Part shown: positions 56,112-64,000 of the stretch, piece by piece
Position numbering within the stretch: the first letter of the stretch is position 1
Layout: each line of letters opens with the position of its first letter
Assembly: GCA_050302495.1 (NCBI GenBank)
Contig: JBNLBP010000001.1
Location: 191,269 to 255,268, forward strand
DNA length: 64,000 bases
Direction: 5' to 3'
From: Candidatus Pacearchaeota archaeon
Lineage (GTDB): Archaea; Nanobdellota; Nanobdellia; Pacearchaeales; GW2011-AR1
Program-made: the position numbers and the translations under genes
Notes under the pieces: model-generated
The model's input: only the letters and a program-made list of their open reading frames with translations
The model's database searches: none
What the model was told of the DNA's origin: nothing

Positions 56112-57413
56112 ATGGTGGATAAGTTTGTTTCAATTCAGGATGCAATGAAGAAAGGTAAAGGAGATCTTTCTATTCGAGGATGGGTTTATAGAGAGCGTGG
56201 AAGTAATAAGATGAAATTTCTTGTTGTAAGGGATTCTAGTAATATAATTCAATGTGTTCTGAAGAAAGAGGATTTTGATAAGCAATGGGATGATATTGAT
56301 AAGTTGAAAGTTGAGAGCTCTGTAGAAATTACTGGAATTATAAAGAAAGATGATCGAGCTCCTACTGGATATGAAGTTTCTGTTAAAAAAATAAATATTG
56401 TTCAAATTGCAGAAGATTTTCCAATAAAGAAAGATCTTAATGAAGAACTTTTGGGAGATAGAAGACATCTTTGGTTGAGAAGTATGAAGATGACTGCTAT
56501 ATTGAAAATTAGAAGTACTGTCTTTGGAGCAATACATGAATATTTTAGAGATAATGGATTTTATGAGTATCAGAGTCCAATTTTCCAGGCAGTTCAGGCA
56601 GAAGGTGGAAGTACTTTGTTTAATGTAGATTATTTTGGAAAGAAAGGAGTATTTTTGGCACAGACTTGGCAGTTATATGCTGAGCCGGCCATTTTTGCTT
56701 TAGAAAAGATTTACACTATTGCTCCTTGTTTTAGGGCAGAAGAAAGCAAGACGTCTAGACATTTGACTGAATTTTGGATGAATGAAATGGAAATGGCTTG
56801 GGCTTCATTTAAGGATATACAGGACCATGGAGAAGGTTTGTTGAAACATATTGTTAAGAAAGTTCTTGAAAAGAATAAACCTGAATTGAAAATATTGGAG
56901 AGGGACGTTAAGAAATTAGAACCTACGGTTAAGAAGAAATTTCCAAGAATGACCTATGATGAAGCTTTGAAGATACTTAAGGATAAATGTAAAATGAAGG
57001 TTCCTTGGGGTAAAGATCTTAGAACTATTGAAGAGGATAAAATAAGCAAGTTATATGACACTCCAATAATTATTACAGAGTATCCCAAGGCTGTTAAGGC
57101 CTTTTACATGAAAGAGACTGAAGGCAACCCCAAAGTTGTTAATGGATGCGATTTTATTGCTCCTGATGGCTATGGTGAGATAATTGGAGGTAGTGAGAGG
57201 GAAGCTGACCCTGAGAAAATAAAGGAAAAATTGTCAGAAATGGGGGAGAATCCTGAACAGTATAGTTTTTATTTGGATACTAGAAGATATGGCAGTGTAC
57301 CTCATGGAGGTTTTGGTATGGGTGTTGAGAGAGTTATATCTTGGATATGTGGTTTAACGACGATAAAAGATGCTATCCCTTTCCCTCGAACTATGACTAG
57401 AGTTAGTCCTTAG
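56112..57413 (+). CDS. asnS: asparaginyl-tRNA synthetase
   Basis: Class-IIb synthetase with FRAEESKTSRHLTEFWMNEMEMAW (the EFWM pattern typical of AsnRS rather than AspRS) and C-terminal GGFGMGVERV...FPRTMTRVSP. Confidence 0.8.
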   Translation: MVDKFVSIQDAMKKGKGDLSIRGWVYRERGSNKMKFLVVRDSSNIIQCVLKKEDFDKQWDDIDKLKVESSVEITGIIKKDDRAPTGYEVSVKKINIVQIAEDFPIKKDLNEELLGDRRHLWLRSMKMTAILKIRSTVFGAIHEYFRDNGFYEYQSPIFQAVQAEGGSTLFNVDYFGKKGVFLAQTWQLYAEPAIFALEKIYTIAPCFRAEESKTSRHLTEFWMNEMEMAWASFKDIQDHGEGLLKHIVKKVLEKNKPELKILERDVKKLEPTVKKKFPRMTYDEALKILKDKCKMKVPWGKDLRTIEEDKISKLYDTPIIITEYPKAVKAFYMKETEGNPKVVNGCDFIAPDGYGEIIGGSEREADPEKIKEKLSEMGENPEQYSFYLDTRRYGSVPHGGFGMGVERVISWICGLTTIKDAIPFPRTMTRVSP

Positions 57414-57534
57414 GTTTGCTATTTTGTATTTTTGGTTTTTAAATATTTCTTATTTTTTTATCTATTTTTGAGTGTACCGCAATCTTTAAAAGCAATTAAG
57501 GAAATTGGGTTTTAACTAAAATGGAGGTCTTATA

Positions 57535-57615
57535 ATGGCTGAAGACGAATACGAAGAAGACGATATGGACATGGAAGAAGATGATGACATGTCTGATGAT
57601 GAAGACGACGAATAA
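57535..57615 (+). CDS. hyper-acidic 26-aa peptide (MAEDEYEEDDMDMEEDDDMSDDEDDE), hypothetical
   Basis: ATG preceded by GGAGGT at 7-nt spacing and followed by a T-rich tract. Not in the ORF track because it is under 60 aa. 21 of 26 residues are D/E. Confidence 0.35.
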   Translation: MAEDEYEEDDMDMEEDDDMSDDEDDE

Positions 57616-57694
57616 TTTTTATTATTTTTTTCTATTTTCTTTTTTGGGATTTTTTTATAAAAATCCTTAAAAACCTTTGTTGTTTTTTTGTTAT

Positions 57695-58360
57695 ATGAAT
57701 TTTGGAAATATTGAAATAAAGTGGCTTGGTCACTCGGGATTTTTGATTAAAAATTCAAAGGTAATTTATATTGATCCTTATAACATAAAGGAAGGTTTGG
57801 ATAAGGCAGACATAATTTTGATAACCCATAGCCATTATGACCATTGTAGTTTTGCGGACTTGGAGAAGATTGTTAAGGAAGGCACTAAAATTATTATCAC
57901 TGCGGATTGTCAGAGTAAAATTGTTAGGTTTAAAGTTCCAATAAAAATCGAAATTATTGAGCCTATGCAGGAAATGGACCTTGGAGGAATTTCTATCTCA
58001 ACTATTCCCTCTTATAATACTGATAAACATTTTCACCCTAAAGATGAAGGTTGGGTAGGTTATGTTATTAAGATGAATAATGTTATTATTTATCATTCTG
58101 GAGATAGTGATCTTGTACCTGAGATGCAAAGACTTACTGGCCATAAACAACCTGGAAAGGAGTTTATTGCTTTACTTCCTATTGGAGGAAGGTTTACTAT
58201 GAACGTAGAGGAGGCCGCTGAGGCCGCTAAATTGATTAAGCCTAGTGTTGCTATTCCTATGCATTGGGGGAGCATCATTGGCTCTGAGGATGATGCTAAA
58301 GAGTTTAAGGAACTTTGTGAAGAGAATAATATAAAGTGTGAGATTTTGAGGAAAGAATGA
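57695..58360 (+). CDS. metallo-beta-lactamase fold hydrolase
   Basis: ILITHSHYDHC (HxHxDH) and downstream His/Asp ligands. ATG at 57695; the ORF-track start is TTG. Confidence 0.75.
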   Translation: MNFGNIEIKWLGHSGFLIKNSKVIYIDPYNIKEGLDKADIILITHSHYDHCSFADLEKIVKEGTKIIITADCQSKIVRFKVPIKIEIIEPMQEMDLGGISISTIPSYNTDKHFHPKDEGWVGYVIKMNNVIIYHSGDSDLVPEMQRLTGHKQPGKEFIALLPIGGRFTMNVEEAAEAAKLIKPSVAIPMHWGSIIGSEDDAKEFKELCEENNIKCEILRKE

Positions 58361-59388
58361 AATATCTCTTAGGCTCTCCTGACGACTTTCATAATTTTGT
58401 TAATTCCATTAAAGAAGGAGATAAAGTTGGGGTTGTTACCCACACAGATGTTGATGGTTTGGTTTCAGGATTGTTTTTACAAAAGATTTTGGAATCCCGA
58501 AATATTGAAATTAATTTTATTGAATTTTTGAATTATGGCGCCGGTGTCTTGGAAGAATTTTATTTTAGAAGAGATTATGATAAATTATTCTTTACTGATT
58601 GGAAGGTTGATGAGGATTTAGATATATTGAATCTTTTGAGGGAAAAGGGAGAAGTCTTGGTCTTTGATCATCACCCTTTGAATGAAGAACTGAAAGATAG
58701 AAAATTGATTATAAAAACTGAAGGACAGTATTGTTCTGCTCATGCCCTTTTTGATTTAGCTAAGGATTATTTTGATATTGAAGAATTGTCTTGGTTGGTC
58801 TGTTCGGCAGTTATTACGGATTATACCTATAATAACGAGGAGGTGTGGAGTTTTTTGAAGAGTTTTTATCCGGAGGTAAATAAAGATGACATTTATGAGT
58901 CTATTCCTGGAAGGAATGGATTGACAATTGATAATGCTCTAATTTATTACAAGCCGGATTTTAAGAAAGTTTATGACTTGGTTCTTAAAAAGGACTTAAT
59001 TTCTTTAGAATCCGTTAGTGGAGAGGTTGAAGAAGCTGCACTTGATGCAGAAGTTACTTACCTTTCGGAGGCAGAATATTTCCCTGAAAAGAACCTTTAT
59101 TTTGGTTATATTAACCCTAAGTTTGGTATGCTGTCTAAAGTAATCTCTAAGATTTCTCATGAACACCCCGATGAGGTTTTTATTATGGCTGCAGATTCAT
59201 CTAGGGAGGGATTTGTGAAGCTTTCTGGGAGGGTTCAGTCTGTGAATGTCGATTTGGGTGTTTTGTTAAAGAAATGTGTTGAAGGTTTTGAAGATGCATC
59301 TGCGGGGGGGCATCCAAAAGCCTCTGCAGCTAGTTTTCCCAAGAAATATTTGGAAGAGTTTAAGGAGAGATTTCTTAAAGAATTGTAA
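58357..59388 (+). CDS. DHH/DHHA1 family phosphoesterase (second copy)
   Basis: VVTHTDVDGLVSG (motif I/II), VFDHHPL (DHH), and C-terminal SAGGHPKASAAS (DHHA1). ATGA overlap with the upstream MBL gene. Confidence 0.7.
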   Translation: MKYLLGSPDDFHNFVNSIKEGDKVGVVTHTDVDGLVSGLFLQKILESRNIEINFIEFLNYGAGVLEEFYFRRDYDKLFFTDWKVDEDLDILNLLREKGEVLVFDHHPLNEELKDRKLIIKTEGQYCSAHALFDLAKDYFDIEELSWLVCSAVITDYTYNNEEVWSFLKSFYPEVNKDDIYESIPGRNGLTIDNALIYYKPDFKKVYDLVLKKDLISLESVSGEVEEAALDAEVTYLSEAEYFPEKNLYFGYINPKFGMLSKVISKISHEHPDEVFIMAADSSREGFVKLSGRVQSVNVDLGVLLKKCVEGFEDASAGGHPKASAASFPKKYLEEFKERFLKEL

Positions 59389-59497
59389 AAATCCCTATTT
59401 TCTAACGACATAATTCTTATAAATAAGGATGGGCTGTTTTTTCTATGAGAATTTGCTTAGCAAATAAAAAATATAATTTGAAAGGAGGTAAAAAGAG

Positions 59498-60577
59498 ATG
59501 GTATTAGATTTTGCAAAAGAGGCAATACAGAACGCTGAATCCCATAGTATTAACTTTGATGAGTTGAAAGCTGGAAAAGCTAACATTAAAGTTGTAGGAT
59601 GTGGTGGATGTGGAGCTAATATGATAACTTGGCTTTTCAATAAAGGTATAAATGGTGCTACTGTTTATGCTGCAAATACAGACGCTCTTCATTTGAGTGT
59701 TACTAAAGCTGATGAGAAGATTCTTATTGGTAAGGAACATACAAGAGGTCTTGGTGCTGGTGGAAAACCTAATGTTGGAAGGGAAGCCGCAAAAGAAGCA
59801 TTGACTGATGTTAAAAAAGCTGTTGGTGGTGCTGATATGGTTTTCGTTCTTGCAGGTATGGGTGGTGGAACTGGTACAGGTGCTGCTCCTGTTGTTGCAC
59901 AAGTTGCTAAAGAATCAGGAGCTGTTGTAATCGGAGTTGTTACAATGCCTTTTGAATCCGAAAAAGCAAGAATAGACAAAGCTGAGTTTGGTTTGCAAGA
60001 ACTTAGAGAAGTAACTGATACTTGTATTGTTTTAGATAACAACAAGTTGGTTGACATTGCAGGACAATTACCTATCGAACAAGCCTTTGCTGTTGCTAAC
60101 GAATTAGTTTCAACTATGATAAAAGGTATTGTTGAAACTATTACTTTGCCTAGTTTAATTAATTTGGACTATGCAGACGTTTCTGCTATTATGAAGAATG
60201 GCGGAGTTTCAGTTATAGGTATTGGAGAGGCAGATACACAAAATAAAGTTGTAGAAGCTGTACAACAAGCACTTACCAATCCTCTACTTGATGTGGATTA
60301 TAAAGGAGCTAGCGGTGCACTTATACATATTACTTGTGGACCTGACTTAAAATTAGAAGAGTTTGATGTTATAAGTAGAACTGTTTCAGAAAACTTAAGT
60401 CCTGAAGCTAATGTTATAATTGGTGCTAGAATTAGTAAAGACTTTGCCGGAAAGGTTAGAGTTATTACAATTATGACAGGTGTTAAATCTCCATATGTTC
60501 TTGGAAGAGAAGTTGAAGAATATTCAAAACCAGTTGGAAAGGAAATGTCCGACTTAGGTATTGAAGTTTGGAGATAA
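59498..60577 (+). CDS. ftsZ: cell division GTPase FtsZ
   Basis: GCGGCGANM and tubulin signature GMGGGTGTGAAP. SD-like AGGAGGT 9 nt upstream of the ATG. Confidence 0.9.
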   Translation: MVLDFAKEAIQNAESHSINFDELKAGKANIKVVGCGGCGANMITWLFNKGINGATVYAANTDALHLSVTKADEKILIGKEHTRGLGAGGKPNVGREAAKEALTDVKKAVGGADMVFVLAGMGGGTGTGAAPVVAQVAKESGAVVIGVVTMPFESEKARIDKAEFGLQELREVTDTCIVLDNNKLVDIAGQLPIEQAFAVANELVSTMIKGIVETITLPSLINLDYADVSAIMKNGGVSVIGIGEADTQNKVVEAVQQALTNPLLDVDYKGASGALIHITCGPDLKLEEFDVISRTVSENLSPEANVIIGARISKDFAGKVRVITIMTGVKSPYVLGREVEEYSKPVGKEMSDLGIEVWR

Positions 60578-60609
60578 AAAGACACCTAACGGTTTCTTTT
60601 TTAAGCTTC

Positions 60610-60689
60610 CCTTAAGTTACGCTTAAGGCTAATGCTTCAAAGAATTTTTTATTTTTTTATTTTGATTCCCCTTGAGAAATTGAGGGGAA
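60610..60689. terminator. two hairpins flanking a T-rich tract between convergent ftsZ and the nitroreductase gene
   Basis: Hairpin 1: CCTTAAG-ttacg-CTTAAGG (60610-60628). Hairpin 2: TTCCCCT-tgagaaattg-AGGGGAA (60666-60689). An oligo-T run (60634-60662) lies between them, the usual archaeal termination signal. Confidence 0.4.
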
Positions 60690-60692
60690 TTT

Positions 60693-61244
60693 TTATGCAC
60701 TTAATTTATCTGGAGACTGCATTTTTGTGTTTCCATATTTGTTGAAGAAAATGTTTGAGTCTAAATCTGGAATTGATTTCTTTTTTGGTTTTTCATTCGC
60801 ATAGCCAATTGGGAAAATTGCTTCTAATTCTGTGTCTTCAGGGATTTTAAGGAGTCTTTTTATTTTGTCGTCATAGAAGTGCCCGACCCAACAAGTAGAT
60901 AATTTTGAGTTTTCAAGGCTTAATAAGAAATTTTGTATTGCTGCTCCTGCTTGTTGTCTTAGGTATTTTTCTGCTCTATCTCCAAAAGATATTTTTGTTC
61001 TTCCTTCTTTTGAACAGACCGCGACAACATATTGAGCATTTTTTATGAATTGTTGTTCTGAATGTTTTGCAATTTCTTCTATTATTTCTGGATCGTCAAT
61101 TAAAATGGTTTTTATGGAATAATTTCCACCGGCCATTGGAGCATGCCTCATGGAATCAATACATTCAATTATTACCCTCCAATCAGGAGTTTTTGATTTG
61201 TATTTTTTTATGGACCTTCTTGATTTGATTAGTTTGTCTAGCAT
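60693..61244 (-). CDS. nitroreductase family protein
   Basis: RRSIKKYK N-terminal FMN-binding motif and a size of about 180 aa. Confidence 0.75.
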   Translation of the reverse strand: MLDKLIKSRRSIKKYKSKTPDWRVIIECIDSMRHAPMAGGNYSIKTILIDDPEIIEEIAKHSEQQFIKNAQYVVAVCSKEGRTKISFGDRAEKYLRQQAGAAIQNFLLSLENSKLSTCWVGHFYDDKIKRLLKIPEDTELEAIFPIGYANEKPKKKSIPDLDSNIFFNKYGNTKMQSPDKLSA

Positions 61245-61278
61245 GTTTGTTTTAAGAAAAGCACTTATTTAAATTTAA

Positions 61279-62403
61279 TCAAAAGGAGATTTCTCCTCCA
61301 CCAATACATTTCTCTCCTTGGTATAAAACAACAGCTTGTCCTTCAGATACCCCTGTTATTGATTCTTTAAGTGTGATCTTCCATTTTTTATTTTTGTATT
61401 CCAATATGCTTGGAAGTAATTCTCCAACATGCCTTATTCTAGATAAGACTTTTGTTTTTTTCTTCTCAAAAGTTGTTTTCTTATCGGATATTAAATAGAA
61501 ATTCTTTACAATTATATTTTTACGGAAATTTAAAAGATGGTCTTTTGGTGCTGCAATGATTGTATTTTTCTTTATGTCCTTCCTTGCTACGTACCATCTT
61601 TCAATTTTTTCATGAGAATTCTTTTGTCTTTCTACTTCAAATCCGTATCTTGGGCCAAGTCTTTCACCTATTGTGTAATAAAATATTCCATCATGTTTTC
61701 CTATAATGTTTCCTTCAGGATCTAATATTTTTCCTGGTTTAGGGGGGATCTTTTTTCTAAGGAAATCTTTGAAATTTATTTTCCCTATGAAACAAATTCC
61801 TACTGTTCCTTTTTTATTGTAATTTGGAAAATGATTCTTTTCTGCTATTTCTCGGATTTGTTTTTTTGTATAGTTGCCTATTGGAAATAATGTGTGCCTT
61901 AATTCAGATTCTTTGGTTCTATATAGGAAATACGATTGATCTTTTGATTCATCCAAACCTCTATATAATTCGTATTTCTTCGTCTTAGGATTTTGTTTGA
62001 CTCGGGCATAATGCCCTGTAGCAATAATATCTATTTTACGTTTCTTTGCTTCTTTTAGTAATAAAGGGAATTTTATTTTTTGGTTACAATCTATATCTGG
62101 ATTTGGTGTAATTCCTTTTTTGTATTTTTCAAACATTTTTTCAATAACGTCTTTTCTGTAGATTTTTTCAAAATCAAGGGTTATTAGGGGAATGTTTAAT
62201 TTAGAAGCGATTTTTATTGCCATTTTTCTCTCTCCACGCCAGGCACATATCCCAGTTAGAGGGTCTTTTGTATCTGACCAATTCTTCATGAATGCACCTA
62301 TAACTTCATACCCTTGTTTTTTTAGTATTAGCGCAGCTATTGAGGAATCTACTCCTCCAGACATTGCTAGAAGAACTTTTTGTTTTTTTGTTTGAGATTT
62401 CAT
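61279..62403 (-). CDS. mnmA: tRNA-specific 2-thiouridylase MnmA (bacterial-type)
   Basis: PP-loop LLAMSGGVDSS, GAFMKNW, TPNPDIDCNQKIKF, ATGHYAR are all MnmA hallmarks. Confidence 0.85.
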   Translation of the reverse strand: MKSQTKKQKVLLAMSGGVDSSIAALILKKQGYEVIGAFMKNWSDTKDPLTGICAWRGERKMAIKIASKLNIPLITLDFEKIYRKDVIEKMFEKYKKGITPNPDIDCNQKIKFPLLLKEAKKRKIDIIATGHYARVKQNPKTKKYELYRGLDESKDQSYFLYRTKESELRHTLFPIGNYTKKQIREIAEKNHFPNYNKKGTVGICFIGKINFKDFLRKKIPPKPGKILDPEGNIIGKHDGIFYYTIGERLGPRYGFEVERQKNSHEKIERWYVARKDIKKNTIIAAPKDHLLNFRKNIIVKNFYLISDKKTTFEKKKTKVLSRIRHVGELLPSILEYKNKKWKITLKESITGVSEGQAVVLYQGEKCIGGGEISF

Positions 62404-62447
62404 AGAATTGTTAGTAAAATTTGAGTTAAAAAGTTTGGGGGAAAACC

Positions 62448-62455
62448 TTTAAATA
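62448..62455 (+). promoter_or_regulatory. TATA-like box for tRNA-Asn
   Basis: TTTAAATA centred 27-28 nt upstream of the tRNA 5' end. Confidence 0.4.
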
Positions 62456-62478
62456 AGAAAATTATCTTCAGATTTAAT

Positions 62479-62566
62479 GCCCTGGTAGCTCAGTTGGTTA
62501 GAGCGAACGGCTGTTATTTCCCAAACAGATACCGTTAGGTCGCAGGTTCAAGTCCTGCCTGGGGCG
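62479..62566 (+). tRNA. tRNA-Asn (anticodon GTT) with a 14-nt intron at canonical position 37/38
   Basis: GCCCTGG-TA-GCTC-AGTTGGTTA-GAGC-G-AACGG-CTGTTA[TTTCCCAAACAGAT]A-CCGTT-AGGTC-GCAGG-TTCAAGT-CCTGC-CTGGGGC-G. Intron at 62517-62530; its AACAG pairs with loop CTGTT, giving a BHB-like helix. Confidence 0.8.
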
Positions 62567-63609
62567 TATTTCCTTCTTTTATTACATATTTCTAGTAGGT
62601 CTTGATGACCTATTTTTCCTTTAATTAATGCTATTCGTTCTGTTGTTTTTGAATTTGGGAAAGTATTTCTAAATTTTATGTAACATTCATATTTTGAAAG
62701 GTGTTTTATATTGTTTAATTTCCATTTATTTATTATTTCTATTGCTCCTTTTTTGTTGATGTAGAATCTTCCGTATCCTTTATATTTTGTTAGTTTAAAC
62801 TTGATTTTGTTTTTTGTGAATATTTCTGCTAGTTGGTCAAGAATAGTAAAACTTGCTAATTTTCCTGTGATTGCTATCGAACTTGTTATACTAAAATCGG
62901 TATCAATAATCCCTGCAGCACATCTTTTTGATAACTCTTTGTTTTTCATTATTTCTCCAGGAATTTTTATTTTTTTCTTGTTTCCAGAATCTAATTTTAG
63001 AATATTCTTTTTAAATTCTGTCACGGCTCTGGACTTAATTCTTGTTTCAATGGAATTTTTTGATGGTCTTTCTATAATTGTTGGTTTTATTCCATAAATC
63101 TTATGTAATAATTCTTTGAGATGCTTTTTGTGATATATTTCTTCATCTTTTAAATCTCCAGTAATTGTGTAAACATAATATTTTATTCCATCTTTTCTTG
63201 GTGCATTTTGCAGATTTCCGTCTCCTATATGTATTCCTACCTCTTCCGCTAGATCTCCTGTTATTTCTTTTGGTATTCTTACTCTTCTCTTTATGTCTGG
63301 CCAAGAAAGATGTACTTCTGAATGATGTTCAATATCTTTAAAGAAGATTTTGTAAAGATTTTTTGTAGATCCAAATTTTTGTCTTATTACTACATCACTC
63401 CCGTATCCTGCAATCCAAGTTGTTATGTAAGAATTTATTTGTCTAAACTTTTCATATTGTATTCTTGCAGCTTCAATTAATCTTGTTTTTGGGTCTTTTA
63501 TTTTCCTAATGTTTTCTATTTTTGATGAAGATATTTTGAATTCTTTTTCAGGAATATTTAATCTTTCTTCTTTCGGCAACTCTCTCCATTTTTTCTTTAT
63601 AGAAATCAT
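62548..63609 (-). CDS. LAGLIDADG homing endonuclease-like protein (double motif, N-terminal extension)
   Basis: LAEEVGIHIGDGNL and RCAAGIIDTDFSIT motifs after an about 110-aa N-terminal region. ATG at 63607-63609. Last 19 nt overlap the 3' end of tRNA-Asn on the opposite strand. Confidence 0.7.
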   Translation of the reverse strand: MISIKKKWRELPKEERLNIPEKEFKISSSKIENIRKIKDPKTRLIEAARIQYEKFRQINSYITTWIAGYGSDVVIRQKFGSTKNLYKIFFKDIEHHSEVHLSWPDIKRRVRIPKEITGDLAEEVGIHIGDGNLQNAPRKDGIKYYVYTITGDLKDEEIYHKKHLKELLHKIYGIKPTIIERPSKNSIETRIKSRAVTEFKKNILKLDSGNKKKIKIPGEIMKNKELSKRCAAGIIDTDFSITSSIAITGKLASFTILDQLAEIFTKNKIKFKLTKYKGYGRFYINKKGAIEIINKWKLNNIKHLSKYECYIKFRNTFPNSKTTERIALIKGKIGHQDLLEICNKRRKYAPGRT

Positions 63610-63655
63610 TTATTTTTAATATCTATAAAGTATTTATAAGTTTCTATGTCCACTC

Positions 63656-63961
63656 TTAGGCGTTCTTTTCTTTTTTCTTTAATCCGAGGTCTCCTAGGGG
63701 CTTTGGTTGATGCTTTTCGAGGTGGGCATATACATTTCCTATTTTAGAACCCTTTACTATTGAGATTATTGCTTCTTGAGCGTTCTTTATGAATTCTGGC
63801 TCTCCTATTATTCCTATGTTGTTATCTTTTATTTCTAGATAGCAATTAGATAAATCTGAGATTGTTTTTAGGACTTTTCCCCCCTTTCCAATGATTCTAC
63901 CTCTTACTCTTTGGAGGTTCTTTTGATTGCTATATTCTTTTATGTTAAGTGTTTCGAACAC
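63656..63961 (-). CDS. KH-domain RNA-binding protein
   Basis: GRIIGKGGKVLKTISDLSNCYLEI contains the KH GxxG loop. Start codon is GTG (63959-63961) with an in-frame TAG just upstream, so the ORF is complete at 101 aa. Confidence 0.55.
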   Translation of the reverse strand: MFETLNIKEYSNQKNLQRVRGRIIGKGGKVLKTISDLSNCYLEIKDNNIGIIGEPEFIKNAQEAIISIVKGSKIGNVYAHLEKHQPKPLGDLGLKKKEKNA

Positions 63962-64000
63962 TAAATCTTCTGTTTTTAGTTCTGATACTGTGGAATAGGG

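Overview
AT-rich (about 30 percent GC), very compact archaeal segment. The gene content and style suggest a DPANN-type archaeon. The archaeal identity rests on TFB, TFE, ribosomal proteins S3Ae/L44e/S8e/S17e, GatD/GatE, the tRNA-splicing endonuclease EndA, and BHB-type tRNA introns. Most of the window is translation and information-processing housekeeping: FtsY, GlyRS, LeuRS, AlaRS, ProRS, AspRS, AsnRS, GatDE, RNase Z, MnmA, deoxyhypusine synthase, FtsZ, a Sm protein, and 8 tRNA genes (Thr, Val, Cys, Leu x2, Met, Arg, Asn), three of them intron-containing. Seven of the 8 tRNAs have a TATA-like box centred about 27 nt upstream. On top of this the window carries an unusual accessory layer. (1) Five free-standing LAGLIDADG-type endonuclease genes. 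Four lie within about 100 nt of a tRNA gene; three of the five convergently overlap the 3' end of a neighbouring gene (tRNA-Met, tRNA-Asn, ftsY) and one abuts rps3ae tail-to-tail. (2) A probable operon: small membrane protein, 617-aa membrane-anchored protein, and a giant 2691-aa secreted/surface protein ending in Cys-rich modules and ankyrin repeats. (3) A cluster of a wHTH-Nudix fusion, a Nudix hydrolase and a HIT protein. (4) A DisA-like diadenylate cyclase plus two DHH/DHHA1 phosphoesterases. (5) Lysine-rich KKKAVKKK-repeat proteins, including a histone-H1-like tail on TFE. (6) Bacterial/eukaryal-type AlaRS and MnmA in an otherwise archaeal context. No rRNA, CRISPR array or obvious integrase/transposase was seen. 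Many ORF-track starts are TTG/GTG, and I moved them to the first plausible ATG where a known protein family N-terminus or an SD-like motif supported it.
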